From Octopus vulgaris (Eukaryota), in the NCBI GenBank assembly GCA_951406725.2, contig OX597827.1, forward strand, positions 66,464,001 to 66,528,000: 64,000 bases of DNA, written 5' to 3'. Shown here in pieces: positions 28,354 through 42,498 of this stretch. Each line of letters starts with the position of its first letter. Positions within the stretch are counted from its first letter, which is position 1. The notes below the pieces were generated by a model. The model searched no databases, was not told the DNA's origin, and worked only from the letters and a program-made list of their open reading frames with translations. Position numbers and translations under genes: made by a program.

Positions 28354-28780
28354 GTTATTATTGTTGTTATTATTATGAAATTCTACCTTACGTTTCCTTC
28401 TAAATTCCAGTAATATTTATGTTCATTTTGTAAGAGCTTTAATCAAGTACACCGACCCATTTACAAACACAAGCACATTCACATAGAAAAGAAACATAAC
28501 GAAGTCATAAATGTCCACACACCCACACGCTGGATTAAAATGTATCGCAAAACGAAAAACGAAAACACAGCCACGTATAAATTATGTCATTTTACAAATA
28601 TCTGAAACTACAATTATCTTTATATATTTATACGAGCAAATGTGAAAAATATATTGTCCTCCATTATTTTCCCACGTGCTCAGACATGCACATTTTCTGT
28701 AGAGGAAAATCACCAGCGTGCTTAAACAAACACGTAAAAACGCCTGCACATTCAGGAAGACCTACATATATATATATATA

Positions 28781-28826
28781 TTTATTTTTTTGCCATAGTT
28801 TCAGCTCAGAGCTGCCGCCATGCTGA

Positions 28827-28830
<4 letters not shown>
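28781..28830 (-). mobile_element. Isolated retroposon 3' tail, the same tail that is fused to U6
   Basis: Minus: gcatcagcatggcggcagctctgagctgaaactatggcaaaaaaataaa. Confidence 0.7.
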
Positions 28831-28866
<36 letters not shown>

Positions 28867-28967
28867 TGTGTGTGTATGTGTTCGTAAGTGTGTGAGTGTG
28901 TGTGTGTGCCTCTGTGTGTGGATGACTGCGTGTGTCACTGTGAGTATGTAGGTATATGTGCGTGTGT

Positions 28968-29158
28968 GTTTCTTGTCATTTGACTGCGGTCATGCAGGAG
29001 CAAAGCCTTTAGTCGAACAAATCGACCGCAGTACATGTTCTTTGAAAGACTAGTACTTATTTCATCGGTATCTTTTGCCGAACCACTAATTTACGGTGTT
29101 GCAAATACACTGACCTCGGTCATCAAGCGATGGTTGGTGGTCAAACACAGACATAAAC

Positions 29159-29200
<42 letters not shown>

Positions 29201-29340
29201 GATGGTCTTCTTTCAGTTTCTGTCTACCGAATCTACTAAAAAGTATTTGGTCGGCCCGAGGCTCTAGTAGAAACATTTTCTGAAGATGCCTTTGCGTTGC
29301 ACTGAATCCAGAACAATGTGGTTGGGAAGTAACCTTCTTT
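28968..29340 (-). mobile_element. SINE family A body and tail; its head is displaced to 30793-30830
   Basis: Family A sequence resumes at aagaaggttacttcccaaccac on the minus strand. Confidence 0.88.
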
Positions 29341-30792
29341 TATTAATTAGTTTGGCCATAAATCCCTGATAAAGAAAGGAAGATGCGGGCTGGACGAAGA
29401 CATAACGAACTGAAATGATAAATTATATGATGATAATGAGAGCAACCAGCAACGCCCGTCGATTGCTGTTTACCCGAGCACATTGTTCTTCATAAGTACC
29501 ATACTTGAGGCAACAAACCTCTTACATAGTTCAAAGTAAAACATCAATGAGACTATAAACCTCTTACATTTTCAACACAAAATGCCATTGTGAGGCAATA
29601 AACCTCTTACACAAGTCCAAGTCCATTATAAAATCAATGAAACAATACAAATGAGGCACCAAGCCTCTTACTTTAATTAGTTACAAATCTTCCTGCCTGA
29701 CCAGACTTCTCGCCTCAGATAAACACCTGGACGGCATCAAGTCGGGCCAATTTAGCATCAGTCTGAAGGTATACTAGGGGAAGGAGTGCACTATCCTGAA
29801 CTGGTCTGTCTCCCCCGTGACTTTCGCAGCCACCTGCGAAGGCCAGTCAGGGTCTTCCATGCAGGACAGAGTCCCCCCCCCCCTTCGGCCCTCGTCAACT
29901 TCTTCCCACAATAAGTGGGAAGATACAAAATTTCTTTGTTCTCCAGGGGCTGGCTCGCAAATACGCAAGCCTCTTCGGGGGAGTCAAACAGCAACCACAC
30001 CGTTGCATATTTGACCCCTCGAGAGATAAACTTAATGGTTGGCATATGTTCTGCCAACTCCTCAATCATTTTTTATCAAAGACAGCGATGGTGTCGAGAG
30101 ACTTGGAGTAAGTCCTCAACACCAACGTCTTCTTTTCAAATTCCGTTAACCATTTTTTTGGAGGTGTCATTTCCCATTCCATAAGTTTATCTTAGTTCTT
30201 TGTCATGTGAAAAAAAATAAAAGTTCAAAACACAGTTCACAAAAATTCAAATAATAAAAGAGAAAAACAAAAAGAAAGTCTTAACAAAACGGAAGAAAAA
30301 AATTAACAGTTCAATACGAGTTTCAAAAATAAAAGACAGAAGAAGAGAGAGCGAGAGTTCAAAACACAGCAAAAACACTTTTTGGCCAAACAGTGTTCCC
30401 GGCCTTCAACGGGAACACAGCTTCTCACAATTATTGTATAATTCATCGGAAGTATTTTTTAAAGAATCCCACGAAATTACACAGGAACAATTCTCACAAT
30501 GAACTGTGAATAACAGAATTCTCAAATTAAATTAAATTTGGTGGCAGGATACGCCTCTAAACAGCAATTCTCACAATTAAGTGAGAAAATCAAAATGCAC
30601 CACTGCAGACAGAACAAACCCCAGAATCCAGTGAGGACTCCTTGCTTGTACAAAAAATAAATATCACAAACAACGAACCCCCACTGGACCCAAAAATCAA
30701 AAACATTTACCTTAAGGCAGAGACTCTTTCAGTAACAACTTTCGTCCGCTGCAAACCATCGTGACGACTTCAATGGCACAATGAAGACAACT
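29341..30792 (-). mobile_element. Internally deleted Tx1/L1-like non-LTR retrotransposon (5' UTR, ORF1 N-terminus, 3' UTR)
   Basis: 15-bp TSD gaagtaaccttcttt (29326-29340) / gaaataacattcttt (30793-30807), 13/15 identical. Frameshifted ORF EFEKKTLVLRTYSK...VWLLFDSPEEA...YLPTYCGKKLT is RRM-like, as in ORF1. The 3' end is aataaaa. Clade assignment is an inference. Confidence 0.72.
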
Positions 30793-30830
30793 GAAATAAC
30801 ATTCTTTCCACAAAGCCATACCTGCACCTA
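30793..30830 (-). mobile_element. SINE family A head (5' flank of the Tx1-like insertion)
   Basis: Minus: taggtgcaggtatggctttgtggaaagaatgttatttc. Confidence 0.75.
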
Positions 30831-32094
30831 TTCTTTCAAGTCGCAGCAACAACAAAGTTCTTCCAATATTATATAAATTATTATAGCGGCGTGCTGGCAG
30901 AAATTTTAACACTCCGAGCGAAATGCTACGCAGACAAGACACCGCTTCAGTAGCTACATCTTCTCTCTTTAAACCTATATACACTCCCTTTCAGCAAGAT
31001 CTTGGACATATCGTTTTTGAAAAAATATATTTTAAAGCTCAAATTTGTCGAGATAAGCTTTGTGTTAACTGTCGATAAAAAAAGATTACTTGGTTGTGAT
31101 TAAAAATTAATAATCAGAAAAGTGTGAGACGTTGTTGTTTTTTTGATATCTCTCCTTTCAATGAAGAAGGATTGTGTCCGGCAAGTTGGGTTTTCCACTC
31201 CACACGGCATATTTACTTTATCGAATTTACAAACTGATATCAGTCTTGCTTGCGCAGAAAAAGCACCAGCCTCATTGGAGTCACTTATATCATATATATC
31301 GTATATACATTTTCGTGGGCGTATGTATATGCTTACTTTTTTATTCATTATTCTCACTTAAAAAGAAAAATAAATCGAGTAATCGTGGAACAGGCCGCCA
31401 TCACATTTCCTCCCTTTGTGATGTATAACGCTTTTATAACCAACGGATTCATGAGAAGACGGAGTGTCTTTCAATCTACTTAACTGTGTGTGTGTTTAAG
31501 GGCACGTGGGCGAGTGTGTGAATGAATGACATAATTGAGGTTTTCGAGGCAACATTTCATTACATGCAACTGTAAACTAATTTAGAATTACTAGTGACTA
31601 TATGATAACCAGTATTGGTTCACACATGTAATGTTTTCTTATGTCATCACATTATCTTGCATTCTAGTAAAATCCCTCATTTTCATACATATTTGATTAT
31701 CAATACTAAACTGATGTATAACAATATCTTCATGAATCTTTATTTAACGAATGCTACATTTATTATAATACTGCCTAAGTTTATAACATGTGAAGGAATA
31801 AATATATCGCCATTTTACAGGTTTTTGCTTTATTACTCGTTGTGTGTATCTCCTAGATATTGTCATATTGCCTTGTGGAGATATCGCATATTTCCAATTT
31901 CAGTGAGAAGGATGAATATCAATATCTCTTAGATTCAATTACGAGGATGTGTCGATTAGTTTTCTCATCACTGACATGCACAAACACGTGCGTACAAAAG
32001 CAAACGCAGAGTGGCATGTGGACCCCACCGCTCCATGGACACGTAGATACGTACACAGACGTACACGTGCGTATGCTTATAGATAGATAGACAG

Positions 32095-32401
32095 ATAGAT
32101 AGATAGATAGATAGATAGATATAGATATAAATATATAGACATATCGATATAGATAGATAGATACATATATGCATACATACGTTCTTATATTTATACATAA
32201 AGGCTTACATATATATACATACAAGCAGATACACACACACGCAAGTAAATATATGTGTGTGCGCGTGTGTATAAAGATATATATTTGCATGTATGTATAA
32301 ATATGTAAGCCTTTATGTGTAAATATAAGTACGTATGTATGTATATATGTATATATCTATATAGATCTGTCTATATATTTATATCTATATCTATCTATCT
32401 A

Positions 32402-32405
<4 letters not shown>
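32095..32405. repeat. Fold-back inverted duplication (~125-bp arms) of microsatellite-rich DNA
   Basis: catacgttcttatatttatacataaaggcttacatat / atatgtaagcctttatgtgtaaatataagtacgtatg, with (GATA)n mirrored by (TATC)n. Confidence 0.88.
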
Positions 32406-32468
<63 letters not shown>

Positions 32469-33191
32469 TTGTGTGTGTGTATGTGTGGGCCTGCTTGAGG
32501 CTGCTTCTCTATCGACGTTGTTGCTTACAGTGATGTTCGTTGAGATAACGATAATATATACATAAGCACACTCAGGCACAGACACGCACATAGAAATATA
32601 CTGGGAGATTGCAGATACTTGAATTCATGTGCATATCATATTCCTAATGAATACACACAAACACAATAAAAACACACGTACATATATATAGACATATAGA
32701 TATATTTATATACATATATTAGTGTACTTGTGTGCGCCTTTGCGTTGTAAGTTTGTTAGTCTGTGTGCTAGAGTGTTCTTATTCTCGTAAATTGGCACAT
32801 GCGCTAGAGAAACGTATCAATATTAATTTTAACTGCATTATGAACGCTGCTCGTTTCCTCACAGAAATTCTGTATTGAACGAATAATCTCTGACACTTAA
32901 TACGGTACTATATACAGTATGCTATAACCTAGACCCCTTATCTCATAGACTTTGATTAAACACAACTAGAAATGGATAAAATATTGATGTTCATTCATTC
33001 TGCTCACCAAACAAACCTATACGGAACCGCTCACTAACCCATCTACACTGTTTTTACTGAATCTCTTTTATCGTAATATACTTTAGCTTTCCGTCCGCAA
33101 CTAACTATACGTGAATATTTATGAGGAGATATAAACGCATTTATGTGTGCACCTGTATGTGTGTGTGTATACATATACATATACTTATACA

Positions 33192-33514
33192 TGTGCGTGG
33201 CTTAGTGGTTAGATGCATTCGACTCATGATCGTAAGGTCGTGAGTTCAATTCCCGCCGGCGCGTTGTGTCCTTGAGCAAGACACTTTATTATTTCACGTT
33301 GCTCCAGTCCACTCAGCTGGCAAAAATAAGTTGTACCTGTATTTCAAAGGTCCAGCCTTGTCACACTCTGTGTCACGCTGAATCTCCCCGAGAACTACGT
33401 TAAGTGTTCGCGTGTTTGCGGATTTCTCAGCCAATTTCATGTTAATTTCACGAGTAAGCTGTCCCGTTCATCGTTTCAGCTGAGACCCTCGTCGTCACAA
33501 CCGACGGAGTGCTC

Positions 33515-33515
<1 letters not shown>
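33192..33515 (+). mobile_element. SINE family D (different tRNA head and body, tail type 1)
   Basis: gtggcttagtggtta...gagttcaattcc...gtccttgagcaagacactt, then the 3' module shared with 46917. Confidence 0.88.
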
Positions 33516-33549
<34 letters not shown>

Positions 33550-34215
33550 TTCACTTTTATTGTTTCAGTTATTAGAGACCGACCATACCGCAATACCGCT
33601 TTCAAGAATTTCAGTTAAACTAATCGACCTCAATACTTATTTTCTTTTAAAGCCTGATAAATATGAAATATGTTACGGGTGCGTGAATTCACCAAAACCA
33701 GTCTCCAAGTGTTAGTGGTGGACAAACTCAAATAGACGGACAAACGCACACACACCAACAGACAAACACACACACATATACACACATACTCTCAGACACA
33801 CAAATATTCTCGTATACATATGCACATGCACACTAATTCTTCTATATTTACCAACCTCCGCATTTCTTTTCGACCCATGCCGAAGATCAATCTTTATGCG
33901 GGTGCACTGTATAATACATAGTGGGTTGCCGTGGAAAATAAGTACCGAAAGAAACTAAATCGTTAGCTCACCGGACAAAATGCTGGATTAAAATTAAAAT
34001 AAAAGATTGCGTCCTGAGTTCAATTTCTGTGGATGTCGACAACATTTATTGTCACTTTAGGAACGATTAAATAAATTCCTAGTCAAATATTGACGCCGAT
34101 ATAATTGGTTAACAACCCATCCGTAAAATTTCTGGTATCTCTGTGATTCATATTCAAGTATCCCTGCAGCCATATATACGTCTGTGTATGTGTGCATATA
34201 TATATATATATATAT

Positions 34216-34512
34216 ATCACCGTGATCACCGTGACCGGCCAGGCTATCAGATGTTGCTACACATCGCTTGTCACAATGCGCTTCATATTGTTTTAGCCTT
34301 CAAATGACGTCACTTCGCTGGCTAAGCGAGCAGGCCAATAGAAGAAAGAGTGAGAGAAATTTGTGGCGCAAGAGTGCTGCAGGGATCGCAATCACCCCCT
34401 GCCTGAGCCTCGTGGAACTTTAGGTGTTTTTGCTCAATAAACGCTCACAACGCTCTGTCTGGGAATCGAAACCACGATCCTACAACCACGAATCCGTTGC
34501 CCTAACCACTGT
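34216..34512 (-). mobile_element. SINE with family B head and a third 3' module (tail type 3)
   Basis: B head and body, then ...cctgctcgcttagccagcg...catctgatagcctggccggtcacggtgatcacggtga. Confidence 0.85.
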
Positions 34513-34594
<82 letters not shown>

Positions 34595-35350
34595 GTGTGT
34601 GAGTGTCTGTTTTGTGTGTGAGTGTGTGTATGTATCGCGAGATTGTTGAAAATAATTCAATAATTGAATTGGTGTGGTAGGTCACTGTGTTCGAAGTAAC
34701 GAAATAAGTACAGAACCACGGCTTGGACAAATTTAAACACGAGCATAGGACTGTTGTTCTCCGATCGCTAAAATATCGAATGTTTGTTGTAGAGCTGCTG
34801 GTAATTAAACTGTTTTCTGGAAACCATTCTTCGTTGCTAAGTAACTGAAATACTTTTCCATTCTATTGATTAAGACTTGGATGATAAAGTGAAATATTAA
34901 AAACATCGGTTCATAAGAGCATACCAAGTGTATGAGTGAGTGGTTGCTATCTTGCCTCGGTGCCTGCTCCTCGTGTCTAATCGAAAGCATGTTTTGTATA
35001 GCAACGAGAATACATAACTAATGAGTTTTATCCGTGCTAATGTGACCTTCGTATCGCGTGCAAATACACTAGCGTGTTCTCGTATCATAATGCATTTATT
35101 TCGTATCAGTAAATTTTCGTTCCTGTCTGCAAGGTGTAAGATAGATTCAAGGCGTTTGTTTCTTTTCTCTATTTGGTATTTCATTTTTTTCTTTTTATTG
35201 AAGTAACATATTGACAAGGAAGGTGCTTTTACCTGCGATTCGGTAGATGCGGAGTTCGCTTTCCATTTAAAGCCTAATTAACCTATTCCATAAAAAGACA
35301 TAAAGATTTGTAAATTTTTGATACTATTAGACGTAGTAATTAATAAATAA

Positions 35351-35885
35351 GTGGAGGCACATGGCCTAGTGGTCAGAGCAGCGGAAGCGTGGAAGGACCA
35401 TTCCATTAAGCATTTAAGGAGCATTCCATTAAGCATTTAACCCACGCTATTTAGGGGTTCACAACTTTTATGCATTTCTCTGTGTCACCTGATGATCTTA
35501 CCATATTACGAGAGTTAAAATTTTTAGTCTTTTGTCGAAAAGACTTAAGTACGATGCATTCATACGGCTATATTTGTTAATGTAGAGGCACATGGCCTAG
35601 TGGTTAGAACAGCGGACTCGCGGTCGAGGGATCGCGGGTTCGAATCTCAGACCGAGCAATGTGTGTGTTTATGAGCGAAACACCTCACTGCCACGCGGCT
35701 CCGGCAGAGGGTAATGGCGAACTTCTGCTGACTCTTTCACCACGACTTTCTCTCACTCTTTCTTCCTGCATCTTGCAGCTCACTTGCAACGGACCGGCGT
35801 CCCGTCTAGTTGTGGAAACTATACGCCAAGGAAACCGAGATACCGGCCCTTATGAGCTAGGCATGGCTCGAGAAGGAACGAGAAG
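35351..35885 (+). mobile_element. Composite: 34-nt SINE head, ~197-bp copy of the 14975-15157 flank, then a full SINE
   Basis: 13-bp TSD aattaataaataa at 35338-35350 and 35886-35898. The insert is the reverse-complement homolog of 14975-15157. Confidence 0.88.
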
Positions 35886-36493
35886 AATTAATAAATAAAT
35901 ATCAAAATAAATACAATATCAGAGTAGAGTCGCTACTCCATGGAGAAAATTAACGGGAAGTGTGGCAACGTCTTTTACGACAGGTTAAGTTAAGGCTATA
36001 ATTCTTAATGCTGGACCTTTTTCTCGTTATACTTTATTCATTTTCCTTAAAACAATATTCTAGAATTTAAACTAATTTAAAATATACTCACAAGAGACTG
36101 ATCGATACGTAGGAATGCAGTTATCGATATACACAATTCACAAGACATTTATTATTCAGAAATGGTGTGCTATATCAAAGGTTAAACTATAAATATATGC
36201 ACGTAATACTTTACATGCATGAGATGTGAATAATTAGACCGTCAGTCTGCTTATTACAATATTTGTGTACATTATTCTCCAAAGGTTTCGTTAAATCATT
36301 CTAGATTTCTCTCTGAATTTATTCTATTTGTCTATTCTCTGACGGTTTCTCCCTCTCTTTCTATCCCCCATCCTCCCTCTCTCACATACATAGACATAGT
36401 AATTCTCTTTTAATTTCACAGCGAATCCGTATTATATCTATCTCATTTACTATATTCCCACGGTCGCTTTCTTCATGCATCTTAATCTTTTAA

Positions 36494-36875
36494 TCTTTAT
36501 ATATAAAGCTGAAGTTGTCTGTGTATGGCAGGTTTGGTAGCCTTCAACTAACACTATCTCCTCCGAGACCCTGCGGCGCAAGTTGACCAAAATTGAAAGT
36601 ATGATAGAAGAAGCGTAGCTCTTTCTTTCGTAGAAGATAAAATTCAAATTGGACCATATTAAGACCAAAAATGTTTACATCAGAAAGGTGCTTTTTTTTC
36701 TATGAAAATCCCTATTTTTACGGTTTTTCGACTGCTGTGTCGCCATTTCTCGGTGTATTTCAACCAGAAACATGTTCAGAGAGTAACAAGCTACATAATG
36801 CAAAATTTTACTTTTCAAATATTCCAATTCTAAAGGGTCGAAACAAACCCGAGCAACGTCGGGCGATACTGCTAG
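36494..36875 (+). mobile_element. Non-autonomous Helitron
   Basis: A|TC start (tctttatatataaagc), GC hairpin cccga-gcaacg-tcggg at 36848-36863, CTAG|T end, no TSD. Confidence 0.85.
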
Positions 36876-37098
36876 TGACTAGGATAAATGTATTTAGTAC
36901 TTTATTATCCTTGTCCTTTGTAGCTCCCATAGCTGCAATGTCACAATGCTATGCAAGTGTTTCGTCCTATCCCTCATTATTTTCAGCATCTTACGTTTAG
37001 AACAAGATTATACAATTTGGTCTTTCAGTTTTAAAACTGTAAGGATAATTTATTGTAGGTTTTGTTATTATTTCTCAGAAGCTGAGTATCCACATACA

Positions 37099-37158
<60 letters not shown>

Positions 37159-37364
37159 GGTGTATATATAGGTGTAAGTGTGTACGTGTAAATATGTTTT
37201 GTTTAATTACAAATTAGCAACATAATTGGTGCTGTTATTTATCCTCTAACATTTTTCTAGCAGAAAGGATAAAATCCATAACAGCAGAATCCTTCAAATA
37301 CTTCGAGGCATTAAGTACATTGGTAACTATTTCCTAGTGTTCATTGTATTTTAAAATACAGAAT

Positions 37365-37593
37365 AGTAACGAATGGCAGAAACGTTAGCACGCCGGGCAA
37401 AATGCGTAGCCGTATTTCGTCTGCCGTTACGTTCTGGGTTCAAATTCGCCGAGGTCGACTTTGCCTTTCATCCTTTCGGGGTCGATAAATTAAGTACCAG
37501 TTACGAACTGGGGTCGATATAATCTACTTAATCCGTTTGTCAGTCCTTCTTTGTCTCCTCTGTGTTTAGCCCCTTGTGGGTAGTAAAGAAATA
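37365..37593 (+). mobile_element. SINE family C monomer
   Basis: tggcagaaacgttagcacgccgggc head; 20-bp TSD tgtattttaaaatacagaat at 37345-37364 and 37594-37613. Confidence 0.93.
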
Positions 37594-38099
37594 TGTATTT
37601 TAAAATACAGAATGGTTTTATTTGAAGAAGGTTAACTGTTGTTATAATTCGGTCATGAGATAACATAGAAATTCGAACGTATGAACAAATATGCAAGCTA
37701 GTTTATTTTAAAACGATGCAGAATATTTATTTGAAGTTATTTTAAGTAATAAGGTCTATCCATAACTATTTGATATTTAAAAAAAAAATTCTTAATCTCC
37801 AAAAGTATTTATAACATACATTTTTACGATTATCCTCAATAGGTTTCCAGATTGATTATTTTATCTGTATCAGTAAGACTATAAAAACAAAAATAACATT
37901 CTCACGTCACACAAACATATGTAATTTTCCTAAATTTTATTCACACACGTAAACAGTTTTCAAAAACAGTTTTTACTTCTCTGTTTTGCAACTGCCATTT
38001 AGGTGTCTGCACAGCTTCAAATTTTTCATTGATATTACTGGTGTTATCGTTATGGCAGCTGTTACTGTTGCTAGTATTATTAATGAAATTATAAAAAAT

Positions 38100-39700
<1,601 letters not shown>

Positions 39701-40535
39701 TTATGTCTCTCTTGTTTCTGACATGCCAGTCAGTCTAATCTATCTCTCCGTCCATCTGTCTCCCCATCCATGTCACTCGGTCCATCCATCTGTCTGTCTA
39801 TCTCCCCCTCTCTCCCTCTCTCGGTCCTACAAAGCCTTTTAAACTTTGTACGTCTGAACCTTTCATTTTTCTGTCAATATCTTCTCACCAACCGTGTTTA
39901 ATTCATAGATTTTTTCCCAATCTCTTTGCCACTTATCCACCGACCTATCTCTGTTTTGGCACATATACTGAATGTCATTATCCTCTTTCTCTCCCCCTCT
40001 CTCTCTCCCTCCCTCAATCTATGCACACTCATATACACATATTCGTTCTATCTTTGAGGGATATTGGAATTTGAGAGTTTACTTCTCCAATGTCATCTTA
40101 AATAGCTTTTCATTTTCCATTCCGGTCTAATAAATTCTCCAAATGTGTAGGATTCATATTTACACTAACTTCCCCGCCTCATTTAGTTGTATCTCACAGG
40201 ATAAACGAACCCTTCTACTGAAATCAATGGATAAACGTTATGGTAATTTTGTTAATATTTCAACACGTTTTAATCAATATTTTCCATCATCTAATCCTTA
40301 CTTCATTTCCAAATAATATTTAAATATTTATGAATCTTTTCAACAGATTTTCTGCTCACGAACTAACATAATACAAAGTGTCACGAAGGATCCAGTATTC
40401 GGAGCATAAATCTGGCATTGTTCCAGCTTCATCATCTCTTCGCCAAAAGTATTAAAGAAATGAAACTGCATCTCAAAGATATTAATAAGCCAAGGAATAG
40501 ACCTCAACGTAGTCAATATCCCAAACTAAAAATAG

Positions 40536-40954
40536 TATTCCTATTTTTTACTGCCCACAAGGGGCTAAACACAGAGGGGACAAACAAAGACGCACAAACG
40601 GATTAACTCGATTATATCGACCCCAGTGCTTAACTGGTACTTATTCAATCGAACCTGAAAGAATGAAAGGCAAAGTCGACCTCGGCGGAATTTGAACTTA
40701 GAACGTAGCGGCAGACGAAATATCTATGTCTTTACTACCCACAAGGGGCTAAACACAGAGGGATGAACAAGGACAGCCAAACGGATTAAGTCAATTACAT
40801 CGACAACACTGCATAACTGGTACTTATTTAATCGAACCCGAAAGGATGAAAGGCAAAGGCGACCTCGGCGGAACTTGAATTCAGAACGTAACGGCAGACA
40901 AAATACCGCTTTGCATTTCACCCGACATCTTAACGACTATGCCAGCTCAACGCC
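40536..40954 (-). mobile_element. SINE family C dimer
   Basis: Two bodies, one head; junction gaaatat|ctatgtcttt at ~40720. Confidence 0.9.
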
Positions 40955-41820
40955 TATTATATAAACACAACATGTAGCATCCCAGATGCGCCACTTAACG
41001 TACCTCTCGTCAAACATCGCTGGCTCGAACCGGGACAGACAGCATGCGGCCCCTAGACCATGCTTTATAGTTAAACACATCAACAGATTTAATCTAAAAT
41101 TAGGTTGGACACCACGCGAGAAAAGAGCAGTCCAGTAAAAAGAATGCCATTACACTATTTCGTTTCTAAATGAGTATCTATTCAATGCAAGGTTATGTTA
41201 AACTGCAGATTAATTTGCAATGTCGATGGGAGAATATACCCGTAAAAGTAATGATATTTTAAGGACTATAGTAGGAATGCAGATCTGCATTTCTCGTGTC
41301 CAATCGTTCATTGAACTCATCAACAATTCGATAGATATGTCAGATAATTAGAAAAAAGAAAAGTAATATTTCTATCGTACGCTTATCACCCGATTAATAG
41401 AATCCGGAAAGTTCGCTGAATCTTTTGCAGGAAAAAACAAATAGCAAATTAGGAACTTGTCTTATCGGGCAGTGACTATATCTTTCTAAGTCTCCAAAAA
41501 CCTATTTTCTGCACGAATAAAATTTACAAAAATATAAAAAAAAAAGTATTTCATTTTGTCTAATTTCCAAATCTACCTCTATTTCAATTCATTTTGTGGA
41601 ATCCAAATTCTCTCTTATTTTCTAATAGCATTTTACATGATTTATTAGATTTTAGGTTTTGAAGTTCAGAAATTAAGTTGTCATATAAAAATAAATTAAG
41701 TCGCCATCGAATCTAACCGTTTCAACGAACAATAATTGCGATTACAGGAGGTTAATGGGCAAATCGTAAGAGATTAAGTGAAGAAATATAACTCCACAGA
41801 AAACGATACATTTGCTGCCT

Positions 41821-41857
<37 letters not shown>

Positions 41858-41897
41858 CGCCACCACCACCACCACCACTACCACCACCACCACCACC

Positions 41898-41958
<61 letters not shown>

Positions 41959-42271
41959 TAAATAACTAGTTAATTATTAAGTAATTAACTGACGCTCCCA
42001 AAATCAGAGATATTGTAATTATAAAGGTCTAAAACGATTATATATACAGAAAGAGGAGGAAAGTTAGCCGCTAGACTCATCTTTTATGAATAAATGTATG
42101 TACACATGTCTGAACATATGTATATGCGTTTATAAATAAACACACACATACACACAACTATATATATATATATGTGTGTGTGTGTATGTGTGTATAAAGA
42201 TATATATATATGTGTGTGTATAAATATATATATATATATATATGTATATACATATACATTCATACATATAA

Positions 42272-42343
<72 letters not shown>

Positions 42344-42356
42344 GCATTTGTATGTG

Positions 42357-42400
<44 letters not shown>

Positions 42401-42443
42401 AACACATGTACATTGGATTTATGCAGGCATGTGTAAATATTTA

Positions 42444-42498
<55 letters not shown>

